Assembly (NCBI GenBank): GCA_048569615.1
Contig: JBLIRK010000004.1
Location: 4,159 to 68,158, forward strand
Direction of reading: 5' to 3'
Origin: Thermoplasmatota archaeon
GTDB lineage: Archaea > Thermoplasmatota > Penumbrarchaeia > Penumbrarchaeales > Penumbrarchaeaceae
DNA length: 64,000 nt
The notes beneath the pieces were generated by a model. That model ran no database searches, was not told the origin of the DNA, and saw nothing but the letters and a program-made list of their open reading frames with translations. Within the stretch, counting starts at the first letter, position 1; the number at the start of each line of letters is the position of its first letter. A program made the position numbers and the translations under genes. Below, piece by piece: positions 30,575 through 39,259 of the stretch.

Positions 30575-30719
30575 GCCATCCACTCTTTGCAATGGGCGGT
30601 GGGAGTGGGGTCTGTCCATTGCTTGATAAAAAGGGATGGATGGATAAGAGTGGGAGTTTGTTCCCAGGGGAAGAAATGGGTGTGAAATGGATAAGCCCCC
30701 TTCGGGGGGCAAAATTTTC
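30575..30719 (+). ncRNA. Candidate structured purine-rich small RNA
   Basis: Stems with G-U pairs on the + strand, a cUUCGg hairpin followed by a short T run, and an upstream AT-rich TATA-like element at about 30555-30567. Confidence 0.3.
30695..30719. terminator. GC hairpin with UUCG loop
   Basis: gccccc-ttcg-gggggc followed by aaaattttc. Confidence 0.5.
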
Positions 30720-30743
30720 TATAGAGAGCTGATGCTACACGCA

Positions 30744-30953
30744 TTACATGCAGTATCTTCCGCTTTTCAGCATGCTGTCGTATCCCATCATATTAGGCTC
30801 CATATCCAGGTCCAGATCATCCTGAGTTTCCATATTGACTATGATCTCCATCAACATGTTGACCATATTCCGGAGCTCCCTGATCTCGGACCGCATGTCC
30901 TCGATGGTCTCCAGAACCTTTTCATCATTTGCATCTTTCTTGGAAGAAGCCAT
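30744..30953 (-). CDS. Small acidic coiled-coil protein
   Basis: AAGGTG RBS; VLETIEDMRSEIRELRNMVNMLMEIIVNM heptad pattern with an acidic tail. Confidence 0.7.
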   Translation of the reverse strand: MASSKKDANDEKVLETIEDMRSEIRELRNMVNMLMEIIVNMETQDDLDLDMEPNMMGYDSMLKSGRYCM

Positions 30954-31131
30954 TCTCACACCTTCTTAGGGGGCCCCCGTAACTGCCTTGTGGTCAGATG
31001 GAGATCCCATTTCCCTATTTGGTAGATGTAGGAGTCTATTTCAAGATTTTGGTATGAGGATTGCAGGAGAAGTCTCCTTTATCATCGATAAATCATTTCT
31101 AATACCTTCACCTATCACAGGACCGATCCGA

Positions 31132-31956
31132 ATGGAGAATGCCCTCAAGGTCGAGTTAGTGCAGAAGTTCCACAAGAGGTTCGACATAGAACACAACCTC
31201 GATATCATCACCAGCTCCATCAAATCATCCGATGCAGACCTGGTGATATTCCCCGAGATGTTCCTGACCGGTTATACCCTGGGGGATGACTTATTTAAAA
31301 AGGCAATGAATCTGGAGGATCCCGTTATCAGGGAGATCGAGGAAGCCTGCGGGGATTTCGATAAGAATGTCATTTTCGGATTTCCCGAGCGTTCAACGGC
31401 CGTCAGGGGGCAGATTCACAATTCCGCATGTCTTGTCGGAGCAAGCGGGGTGGTGGGCAGTTATCAGAAGATGCATCTTGTGGACTTCGGACCCTTCGAG
31501 GAATATGCGTATTTCACCCCCGGGAAAGCTCCCTTCATCGCAGATATCAACGGTTACAGGGTCGGTCTGCTGATATGCTATGATATCTTCTTTCCGGAGC
31601 TTGTGAAATACTATGCAATCGGGGGAGCCGACCTTGTCGTGTGCATTTCGGCATCTCCATCGATGACTAGGCGTTTCTTCGAATCCGTCATGACAGCAAG
31701 GGCAATAGAGAACACCGTTTTCTTCGCTTACTCCAACCTGCTGGGCTTCGATTCGAAGATGGACTTCTGGGGCGGGAGCGCCGTCATTGGACCGAGAGGG
31801 GATACGATCTCAAAGGGTCCCTATTACGAGGAAGCTTCCGTTGTGGCAAGAATAGACGAAAGGTCCCTGCTGACAGCTCGGAAAAACAGACCCACCATCC
31901 GGGACACACGGTACGACCTGCTTCAAAGAACGGCGGATATCAGGCGTGGAGGATAG
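31132..31956 (+). CDS. Carbon-nitrogen hydrolase (nitrilase superfamily)
   Basis: Catalytic triad motifs FPEMFLTGY, YQKMHL and ICYDIFFPE; RAIEN. Confidence 0.92.
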   Translation: MENALKVELVQKFHKRFDIEHNLDIITSSIKSSDADLVIFPEMFLTGYTLGDDLFKKAMNLEDPVIREIEEACGDFDKNVIFGFPERSTAVRGQIHNSACLVGASGVVGSYQKMHLVDFGPFEEYAYFTPGKAPFIADINGYRVGLLICYDIFFPELVKYYAIGGADLVVCISASPSMTRRFFESVMTARAIENTVFFAYSNLLGFDSKMDFWGGSAVIGPRGDTISKGPYYEEASVVARIDERSLLTARKNRPTIRDTRYDLLQRTADIRRGG

Positions 31957-32055
31957 AAGAAGAACCCCTTTTGGATGGGATCCTACCCTTCATTTTATAA
32001 ACCAAATGTCCATATGTACCAAGTCCTAAGATTTCCTCGTCAGGAGAACTTATCA

Positions 32056-32688
32056 ATGGGTTTGTTCCGAAAAAAGCACCTGGACAGGCTCGAATACGAG
32101 AGCACCGGCGTTAAGGAAAGCCTCATAGAAATGAAGGACCTGTCCGAGCAGATAGTCGATCTCTCCTATGCAGCGATCCTTTTTGACAGCGAGGACATCG
32201 CAGACCAGGTCCTTGATCTGGAGGAGAGGCTTGACAAGCTGTTGTACAACGTCAGGATAGGGGTTCTGCTGGCTGCCCGGAACAGGGAGGATGCGGAACA
32301 GCTCACTGGAATTCTCCAGGTCGCTTCTGCCACCGAGGTCATAGGGGACGCTTCGCGCCAGCTGATGAGGATATTTGACGAGGACCTGGAGTTCAGACCC
32401 TTTGCACCGTTCCTGTTGAAGGACGGAGATGAGAAGATATGGGCCATACGGGTGCTGCCCAGTTCTGACATAGTGAACAGGATGATCAACGAGCTCGGGA
32501 TAGAATCCGAGACCGGGACCAGAATAATTGCGATAAAGAGGAGGTCCCGATGGCTGTACGACATCGAGCCCGAGAGGAGAATAAAGGAGGGTGACATATT
32601 GATAGCCCGTGGTGTGGAGGACGGTCTTGAGGAGCTCGCGGCTTATTCCAAGGGTGAGGTAGAATGGGGGAAGTACAAGAGGAGATAG
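32056..32688 (+). CDS. PhoU-like + TrkA-C domain protein (COG3273-like), copy 1
   Basis: EMKDLSEQIVDLSYAAILF; ETGTRIIAIKR; GDILIARG. Confidence 0.82.
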   Translation: MGLFRKKHLDRLEYESTGVKESLIEMKDLSEQIVDLSYAAILFDSEDIADQVLDLEERLDKLLYNVRIGVLLAARNREDAEQLTGILQVASATEVIGDASRQLMRIFDEDLEFRPFAPFLLKDGDEKIWAIRVLPSSDIVNRMINELGIESETGTRIIAIKRRSRWLYDIEPERRIKEGDILIARGVEDGLEELAAYSKGEVEWGKYKRR

Positions 32689-33266
32689 ATCCCGTTAAAA
32701 GGGTCGAGGAGGTATTCCTCGAGATGAAGGACACCTCGGAGCTGATGGTGGACCTAGCCTATTCCTCTCTGTTATACAATAACAAGGAGCTCGCTTCCGA
32801 GGTCGAGCATCTGGGGGAGACGGTCGATGAGATGTCCGGAGAGCTGCAGGAGATAGCTGTCGGGCAGGTATCCAGAAAGTCCCCCGATGCAGCGAGGATG
32901 ATACTCAAGATGGCAAGCTTCGTCGATTCCATAGCGGATGCGGCCATGTCGATCTCCGAAGTAGTGTTGAGGGATATCGAGCCTCATCCCATCTTGAAGC
33001 AGTCGATCAAGGAATCCGATGTTGGGATATACAAAGCGGAGATCAGATCCAAATCCCCGCTGGCAGGAAAGAGTCTAGGGGAGCTGCGCATAGCAACGGA
33101 GACGGGAATGTGGATATTTGCGATCCACAGAAGCGTGCGATGGATCTACGGTCCGGAGAAGGGAGAGGTTCTTCAAAAAGGAGATATTATCTTTGCCAGG
33201 GGCCCCGAGGACGGCATGAAGAAACTCCGATCCGCTACAAAAGGAAAGCGGAAGAACCTGTTGTGA
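32664..33266 (+). CDS. PhoU-like + TrkA-C domain protein (COG3273-like), copy 2
   Basis: EMKDTSELMVDLAYSSLLY; SPLAGKSLGEL; ETGMWIFAIHR; GDIIFARG. Confidence 0.85.
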   Translation: MGEVQEEIDPVKRVEEVFLEMKDTSELMVDLAYSSLLYNNKELASEVEHLGETVDEMSGELQEIAVGQVSRKSPDAARMILKMASFVDSIADAAMSISEVVLRDIEPHPILKQSIKESDVGIYKAEIRSKSPLAGKSLGELRIATETGMWIFAIHRSVRWIYGPEKGEVLQKGDIIFARGPEDGMKKLRSATKGKRKNLL

Positions 33267-33302
33267 AATTGAATTCAAACCCCTCCGTCATTCCAGTCCC
33301 AG

Positions 33303-33515
33303 CCCGGGTACCATTCTTTTTACAGCTTCAACTTATAATATTCGTTAGCTTGAAGGGTGCCGGGACATTTGAGCTGAACATTATTTGACGATAGGCAAAG
33401 CTCAAATGTCCAGCAATGAACAACACATTGCTTTCTCAAATGTTCATTGCGTGTATAATTAATATGAAGCACCATCTTTCGTAGCTTTATAATATTGACG
33501 GAAGAAAGATGGTGC
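33303..33515. repeat. Array of four adjacent inverted repeats downstream of tRNA-Gly
   Basis: Perfect stems of 13 bp (33363-33375/33399-33411), 10 bp (33413-33422/33441-33450) and 12 bp (33469-33480/33504-33515), plus an imperfect stem at about 33303-33364. Confidence 0.8.
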
Positions 33516-33585
33516 GGGTGCCGGGATTTGAACCCGAGTAACCAGCTTGGCAAGCTGGAATGATACCAGGCTACATCACACCCGC
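33510..33585 (-). tRNA. tRNA-Gly (GCC), CCA encoded
   Basis: GCGGGTG acceptor stem, anticodon arm CCAGC-TTGCCAA-GCTGG, T loop GTTCAAATC, ends ACCA; 76 nt. Confidence 0.96.
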
Positions 33586-33763
33586 ATGCTCGGGAAAGGC
33601 CGCAATGAAGTCATTGCTATTAAATCTTGGGTTTTATTCCAATCTGGTTATGTTATCCCAGCATCGGATCTTCCTCTGGTTTCTCACATATCTTGAAATG
33701 AACGTCCTCAAGGTAAATAATGAGAGAACAATAAGGGTTCATTCGTCATCCGGGTGATGGACC

Positions 33764-34513
33764 TTGAAAGATGGGCAGATAGCTTTGATCACCGGCGGCT
33801 ACAAGAACCTAGGACTTTCCATTTCTCGAACATTGAAGGAAGCAGGTTTCATTGTCATTGCATCCTTCAGAACCGAAAGGGCAAAGGCATTGGAGATCTC
33901 AGAGAAATACGGCATCCCGGTCTACAGGGCAGACATTACCTCCGTCGAGGAGATCGAGGAACTTTTCAAGACCATAGAGGACGACTTCGGAAGCGTATCG
34001 GTTCTGGTCAATAATGCGTCCTCCTTTCCAGTCGGCTCCCTAATGGATACTTCACAAAGGGATTTCGAGGACGCTTTCAGGAGCAGCGTATTCGCATCGA
34101 ACTTCATGATCAAGAGGGCGGTTCCGGGAATGTCCAAAGCGGGGGAAGGAGCCGTCGTCAATATCGGCATGTCCGGCATAGGAGAGGTCAAGGGATACAG
34201 CGATATAGCCCCCCACGCCTCCGCAAAGACGGCCCTGGCGGTCCTAACCCTCTCATGGGCCAAGGAGGTCTCCGGCCGTGGCATCTCGGTTAACATGGTA
34301 TCCCCGGGGATAATCGATTATCCCTGGAGGAGCAGCGAATGGAGAAAGGGTATGAGGGCCTTGTCAACCTCCGGGAAGCTAACCCCGCCGGAGGAGGTAT
34401 CACGGGCCGTTCTTTTTTTGGTGCAGAACCGTAGTATTACCGGGAAGAATATCGAGGTGGATCCGACCTTCGAACCTGCCGGCTTTTCAGACCTTGATTT
34501 CAATGATCATTGA
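33764..34513 (+). CDS. SDR-family oxidoreductase
   Basis: ITGGYKNLG, LVNNAS, VNMVSPG, ITG; the YxxxK position reads HASAK. Confidence 0.88.
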   Translation: MKDGQIALITGGYKNLGLSISRTLKEAGFIVIASFRTERAKALEISEKYGIPVYRADITSVEEIEELFKTIEDDFGSVSVLVNNASSFPVGSLMDTSQRDFEDAFRSSVFASNFMIKRAVPGMSKAGEGAVVNIGMSGIGEVKGYSDIAPHASAKTALAVLTLSWAKEVSGRGISVNMVSPGIIDYPWRSSEWRKGMRALSTSGKLTPPEEVSRAVLFLVQNRSITGKNIEVDPTFEPAGFSDLDFNDH

Positions 34514-34607
34514 AATTTAATCGGACTCTGTGGGGATGATTCTTGATGGGGGATTAATAATAAAGGCAAAGAAAGCCTTAGTCGAGCAGATTTAAAATAT
34601 ATGTTGC

Positions 34608-35543
34608 GTGGTGAGACAAGCCGTGATTTGGGGATTACTGGGAACTCTTCTTGGTCTTGCAATGCTTGTTTACGGATCAAATCTACTCGTTGACGGCGCT
34701 GCAGGTTTGGCCAAGAAGAAGGGCATCAGCGGCCATGTGATCGGGTTGACCCTGGTTGCAACAGCGACATCGCTGCCCGAGCTTGCGACCTCCGTTACGG
34801 CTTCGTTCACGAAAAATCCCGGAATAGCCATCGGCAATGTTGTGGGATCCAATGCCTTCAATGTAGGAATAGTACTGGCCTTGAGCGTTTTCATAATGCC
34901 GGTAATATCCGATAAAATGGTGAAGAGGGACGGTTTCTTCGTATGGGGGGCGACCATGCTCTTTGCCCTTCTCGCCCTGGGAGGCATAATGAGATGGGAG
35001 GCGTCCATACTCTTTGTTCTCTATCTGGCCTACGTTTTTTACCTTTTTAGGACTACAAAGATCGCGGGCGAGCTCGAGGTTGGAGAGAGGAGCATCATTG
35101 CCCTTGCCGTGATGCTGCTGGGAGGAATCATCCTTCTGTTCATGGGCTCCCCGATACTCGTTATATCGGCGGAGAGGCTTGCCGATAAACTGGATGTCGC
35201 CGACTCCGTGATTGCAGTGACGTTGATAGCGGCGGGCACATCCCTTCCCGAGCTGATAACAGGACTAATAGCCGCGATAAAGGGCCATGAGGGAATTGCA
35301 GTCGGCAACGTTCTCGGATCCAATCTGTTCAATATCCTTCTTATACCGGGCATAGCAGGGCTGATAAGGCCCTTGGCTGTAACGAGCCTTTTCGCTCAGG
35401 CGATGATACCCGCAATGATGCTTATCACGGTTCTGGCAGTAGTACTGTCCTGGAAGAAGATGGGCAAGTTCGCAGGAGTGATGCTTTTCATAGGATTCTG
35501 CCTGTTCATGTTCCTGCTCTACGTGGATGTCGGACTAGGCTGA
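34608..35543 (+). CDS. Calcium/sodium antiporter (YrbG-like, CaCA family)
   Basis: Two alpha repeats: ATSLPEL...GNVVGSN and GTSLPEL...GNVLGSN. Confidence 0.93.
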   Translation: MVRQAVIWGLLGTLLGLAMLVYGSNLLVDGAAGLAKKKGISGHVIGLTLVATATSLPELATSVTASFTKNPGIAIGNVVGSNAFNVGIVLALSVFIMPVISDKMVKRDGFFVWGATMLFALLALGGIMRWEASILFVLYLAYVFYLFRTTKIAGELEVGERSIIALAVMLLGGIILLFMGSPILVISAERLADKLDVADSVIAVTLIAAGTSLPELITGLIAAIKGHEGIAVGNVLGSNLFNILLIPGIAGLIRPLAVTSLFAQAMIPAMMLITVLAVVLSWKKMGKFAGVMLFIGFCLFMFLLYVDVGLG

Positions 35544-35546
35544 GCT

Positions 35547-37439
35547 TTATTCCTCTGGCTCCATCTGTTGTAGATAGTCTACGGATATGACCATGCTCCA
35601 ATCGTTGCCGTTGTCCGCATACCCGGTCAATCCGAAAAACCTCCCTTCGACATCCCCGGCAGTTATACAGGAAATATCCACTCTCCATAATCCCTCATAA
35701 TTCTCAATTTCATCAGGAGCCCTATAATCAATATTCAGCGGACTTGCCCCACTGTCCGATTGTAATGAATTGGTTCCATTCGGCATGAAAAGATCGATGG
35801 AGAAAGTATCAGGATTGTTCACCTGGAGAAAAGGACGATTTGGAGCCTCATCTTCCCATTCCAGGGAAACCGATATGTTCTTTGGTAAGCCGTCAAATTG
35901 GAAGTTTACGGGGGTAATCTGACCTTCGTTTGTATTCCCATTCACTAGGAATTCAGTGCTGAATTCCTCCCAAACTACCTCCACGGTCACTTCCTCTTTT
36001 GGTGGAGGCGGGTAGTAAATGTTGGTCCCGAAAGCGAATGTTCCAATCACCATCACGGGGATCAGGCCCAAGGCCAGGTAAGTGGTTCCCTTGTTTCTGA
36101 AGAAACCATGAAGTTTCCATGAAAGAGGATTGTCCGTGGACTGCTCCCCAGAGTCCTCACCTTCTTCTTCGATCCTTATTCTTTTTGCTCTGTCGATAAT
36201 TTCCTGACCCCAGTTTCGATAATAAATCATGAAGCCGACCAGGAGGAGCAAACCTATGGAGATCAATAATCCATAAAAGAATTTCGGCCTACCCAGACCT
36301 GGACCGATTAAAGCATATATCGACCCGAATACGAGAGTTCCCCCGAAGAGACCTAAACTGGTGGAAATAAAGTTAGCCCCCACATAAGCAGAAATCCTGT
36401 CCTTTCCTGCAAGCTTTGATACAAATGCTAGATATCCCGGGGCTACCAGGAATTCTCCCACTGAAGCGATCACCACGCCCGCAATAGAGAATATCCATCC
36501 GATTCCAGGTAGGTTCAAACCAAGGAAACCGATCATTATCAGTCCTGCAGCCTGCAGGCAGATTCCCGTCATCACAGCAACCAGTGATTCCAACTTATCA
36601 AGAACTTTGATGAGAAAAGGGCCTGCCAAAATAATGGTAAGGGGATTTGGTATGGCAAGGATCATTACGGTAAACCAAGCAGGAACGAATTTGAAATTCA
36701 TCAAAGTTAGTGGGAGAACATTGAGCATTGTGGAATACATTGCCCAAAACCCACCCATCAGGAATACCATGACAAGAAATTTCCTATCAGATAATGCTGT
36801 TTTTATATTTCTTAGAGCATCCCCAACTGTTTTTACCGCCCCGCTTCTTGGAACTTCTTTAAAGAAGAATATAGCAACGAATATGTTCAAAAGGAAGAAA
36901 AATGAGCCGATCAAGAAGATATATCTGTAATCCTCGGCTTGTATGACCTTCAATGTTTCAAGGATAACGAAGAAAATTGGAAAGCCGGCCGCAGCGAGAT
37001 TAACGATGAGATAATATGTCGCATAGGCTCTGTTACGATCTTTTTGTGGTGTGGCTTTGGCAACGGTCGAAGATATCAGGGGTTTGTACATCCCAATACC
37101 AAGTCCGATCAGCATCACTCCCATAATCAAGGTTGGAAGATTATATGCAAATGAAAGGAACATGTAAGCTCCGAAAAGGATGATATAGGCCAGGATCATC
37201 TGTTTACGGTATCCGAATTTCTCGGCGAGCGCCCCCGAAAAGATTGGCAGTCCATATTGGATCGGATACATGAAGATTGTAATTATCGCGGCAATCTCGA
37301 CTGGGAGGCCGAGATTCCACCAAGCATGGAATGCTATGATGGGAACCATTGTGTAGTAGGCTCCTCTCTCCATCAGTTCGAATATCTGAACTATCCAGAA
37401 AACCCTGGGAAAACCCTTGAAATTATCTATCATCGACAT
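35547..37439 (-). CDS. MFS transporter (POT/peptide-like) with extra TM and C-terminal extracellular domain
   Basis: FELMERGAYY (ExxER), GMYKP, GEFLVAP; 12 TM plus an extra TM and a beta-rich tail. Confidence 0.85.
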   Translation of the reverse strand: MSMIDNFKGFPRVFWIVQIFELMERGAYYTMVPIIAFHAWWNLGLPVEIAAIITIFMYPIQYGLPIFSGALAEKFGYRKQMILAYIILFGAYMFLSFAYNLPTLIMGVMLIGLGIGMYKPLISSTVAKATPQKDRNRAYATYYLIVNLAAAGFPIFFVILETLKVIQAEDYRYIFLIGSFFFLLNIFVAIFFFKEVPRSGAVKTVGDALRNIKTALSDRKFLVMVFLMGGFWAMYSTMLNVLPLTLMNFKFVPAWFTVMILAIPNPLTIILAGPFLIKVLDKLESLVAVMTGICLQAAGLIMIGFLGLNLPGIGWIFSIAGVVIASVGEFLVAPGYLAFVSKLAGKDRISAYVGANFISTSLGLFGGTLVFGSIYALIGPGLGRPKFFYGLLISIGLLLLVGFMIYYRNWGQEIIDRAKRIRIEEEGEDSGEQSTDNPLSWKLHGFFRNKGTTYLALGLIPVMVIGTFAFGTNIYYPPPPKEEVTVEVVWEEFSTEFLVNGNTNEGQITPVNFQFDGLPKNISVSLEWEDEAPNRPFLQVNNPDTFSIDLFMPNGTNSLQSDSGASPLNIDYRAPDEIENYEGLWRVDISCITAGDVEGRFFGLTGYADNGNDWSMVISVDYLQQMEPEE

Positions 37440-37546
37440 TGAGCGAGCCCCTTTCAGTGATGGCGAGATAACCGAATTCTTCCGGGTATGGGCATACATT
37501 ATTTAAATCAATACCATTAACGTGTTAGAGTTCAGGATGAAATTCC

Positions 37547-38461
37547 ATGAAGAGGGAGAGCGTTGGCTTCGGATTCATTGCCGTCACGGTGTTCCTTTGG
37601 AGCACCATAGAGGTTGTAACGAAGCTGATCGGAGACGCCGTTCCGGCGCTCACCATCGCCTTCCTCCGCTTCCTCATAGGCGGAGCCGCTCTGCTCCCCT
37701 TGATAATCATTTACGGGAGAAGGATCGACTGGAATCAGGTAGGGTTCAAGGATCATGTCAAGCTCGTCCTTGCCTCCTTTCTCGGGATAACCTGCACATT
37801 TTCCCTATTCCATATAGGACTTGACCTGATCGATGCCTCGTCCGCGGCCACCCTCATATCGATGGTGCCCCTGGCATCCGCTTTCATCTCTTTCTGGATA
37901 CTGAAGGAGAGGATGGGTCTGTTCGGGATCACTGGCCTCCTCCTGGGGGGTTCGGGCGTTCTCTTCATCTATTTCTCGGAGGGGATCGGATGGTCCTCTT
38001 TCATGGCGGTCCTGCTTATGCTGGTCACGGTTGTCTGTTTCTCCATCTACGCGGTGATAATGAAACCCCTCAATAGGAAGATGGATGCGAAGGTGACCAC
38101 TTCCATCAGCCTCTTCATAGGGGGTTTGATGATGGCTCCCGTTCTTATTCTGGACGGCTCTCCCCTTTGGGTTTCAATGGACGGAAGTACGATGGGATAC
38201 ATGATCTACCTATCCGTCATCGCCGTCGGGCTCTCCTACCTGCTCTACTTCATGGGTCTTGACAGGACCGAGGTATCCAGGGGTAACTCGCTGATGTACC
38301 TCAAACCCCTTGCCGCCGGCTTTCTTGCCTATCTGATCCTGGGGGAAACGCCCTCATTCTGGCGCGTTGTCGGGATATTGGTCATAACGTTCTCAGTCTA
38401 TCTGGTGGTGATGGACAGGAGGCTGCAGAGGAGATTCGGTCTCTTGCGTAAAAACGTTTGA
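37547..38461 (+). CDS. DMT/EamA-family transporter
   Basis: 10 TM, AFLRF, LKER, LGE motifs. Confidence 0.9.
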   Translation: MKRESVGFGFIAVTVFLWSTIEVVTKLIGDAVPALTIAFLRFLIGGAALLPLIIIYGRRIDWNQVGFKDHVKLVLASFLGITCTFSLFHIGLDLIDASSAATLISMVPLASAFISFWILKERMGLFGITGLLLGGSGVLFIYFSEGIGWSSFMAVLLMLVTVVCFSIYAVIMKPLNRKMDAKVTTSISLFIGGLMMAPVLILDGSPLWVSMDGSTMGYMIYLSVIAVGLSYLLYFMGLDRTEVSRGNSLMYLKPLAAGFLAYLILGETPSFWRVVGILVITFSVYLVVMDRRLQRRFGLLRKNV

Positions 38462-38486
38462 ATAATCGGCCAACAATTACAATTCG

Positions 38487-38759
38487 ATGAGGATATTCCC
38501 CCTAGATATCATTGCAGGCATACTCCTTGTCCTGTTCATCATCCTCTTCGTGGTCGGCGTCCTGAGTTACAGATATAGAAGAGAGAAGGGCCCCCTGCTT
38601 CTCACGGTATCATGTCCCTTAGGAGCTCTGTCGACCGTGGCATGGCTGTTGATATCAATTGAGACTTTGAACGCTCCCCGGGTCCTGCCCTTGGTGATGG
38701 TCGTCATTTCATCCCTCCTTGTTGCGGTTTCGTTCCTGTTTTGGAGGCCAAAAAAATGA
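38487..38759 (+). CDS. Small three-TM membrane protein
   Basis: Three hydrophobic helices, SYRYRRE loop; ATGA overlap with the next gene. Confidence 0.72.
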   Translation: MRIFPLDIIAGILLVLFIILFVVGVLSYRYRREKGPLLLTVSCPLGALSTVAWLLISIETLNAPRVLPLVMVVISSLLVAVSFLFWRPKK

Positions 38760-39259
38760 GGGGGAATCCCCTTGACCTGCCCCTCAGGAAGAGGATAACC
38801 GAGTACATTCGCAGGAATCCGGGGGTTCATTTCAGACAGATGTCCAGGGACCTTGACCTGGCGATAGGACAGCTGGACTTTCATCTGAATGCCCTATTGA
38901 AGGGTGAGGCGATCGTCAAGGAGGTCCAGGGCGGGAACGCAAGGTACTACGTAAGGGACCGTTTTTCGAAGACTGAGAAGAGGGCCGTATCCGCTCTGAG
39001 AAGGGAGATCCCCCGAGGCATTGTGTTGTTCCTGCTGGAGAATCCCGGAGCAACGCCTACGGAGATACTGTCGAACTTCACGATCACATCCGCAACCCTA
39101 TCCTACCATCTTAGAAGGTTGGAGAAGGCCGAGGTTCTGGAAGCGAGGTCCAGCGGCAGGGAGAGGTATTACTACGTCAGGGAGCCCGATGTGGTGCAGA
39201 CCCTTCTCGTCATGTACCGCTCCACCCTGCTGGATGCGATTGTCGAAAAGGTCTATTGA
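38756..39259 (+). CDS. Tandem winged-helix transcriptional regulator (ArsR/MarR-like, archaeal)
   Basis: RKRITEYIRRNPGVHFRQMSRDLDLAIGQLDFHL and LLENPG...ATLSYHLRRL...GRERYY. Confidence 0.87.
   Translation: MRGNPLDLPLRKRITEYIRRNPGVHFRQMSRDLDLAIGQLDFHLNALLKGEAIVKEVQGGNARYYVRDRFSKTEKRAVSALRREIPRGIVLFLLENPGATPTEILSNFTITSATLSYHLRRLEKAEVLEARSSGRERYYYVREPDVVQTLLVMYRSTLLDAIVEKVY

Noticed and set aside
33303-33515. CRISPR array or integron attC interpretation of the hairpin cluster
   Set aside because: There are no identical direct repeats with unique spacers, no cas or integrase genes, and no attC core-site pattern.
33320-33757. Short ORFs overlapping or flanking tRNA-Gly
   Set aside because: They overlap the tRNA or its promoter and show no recognisable protein features.
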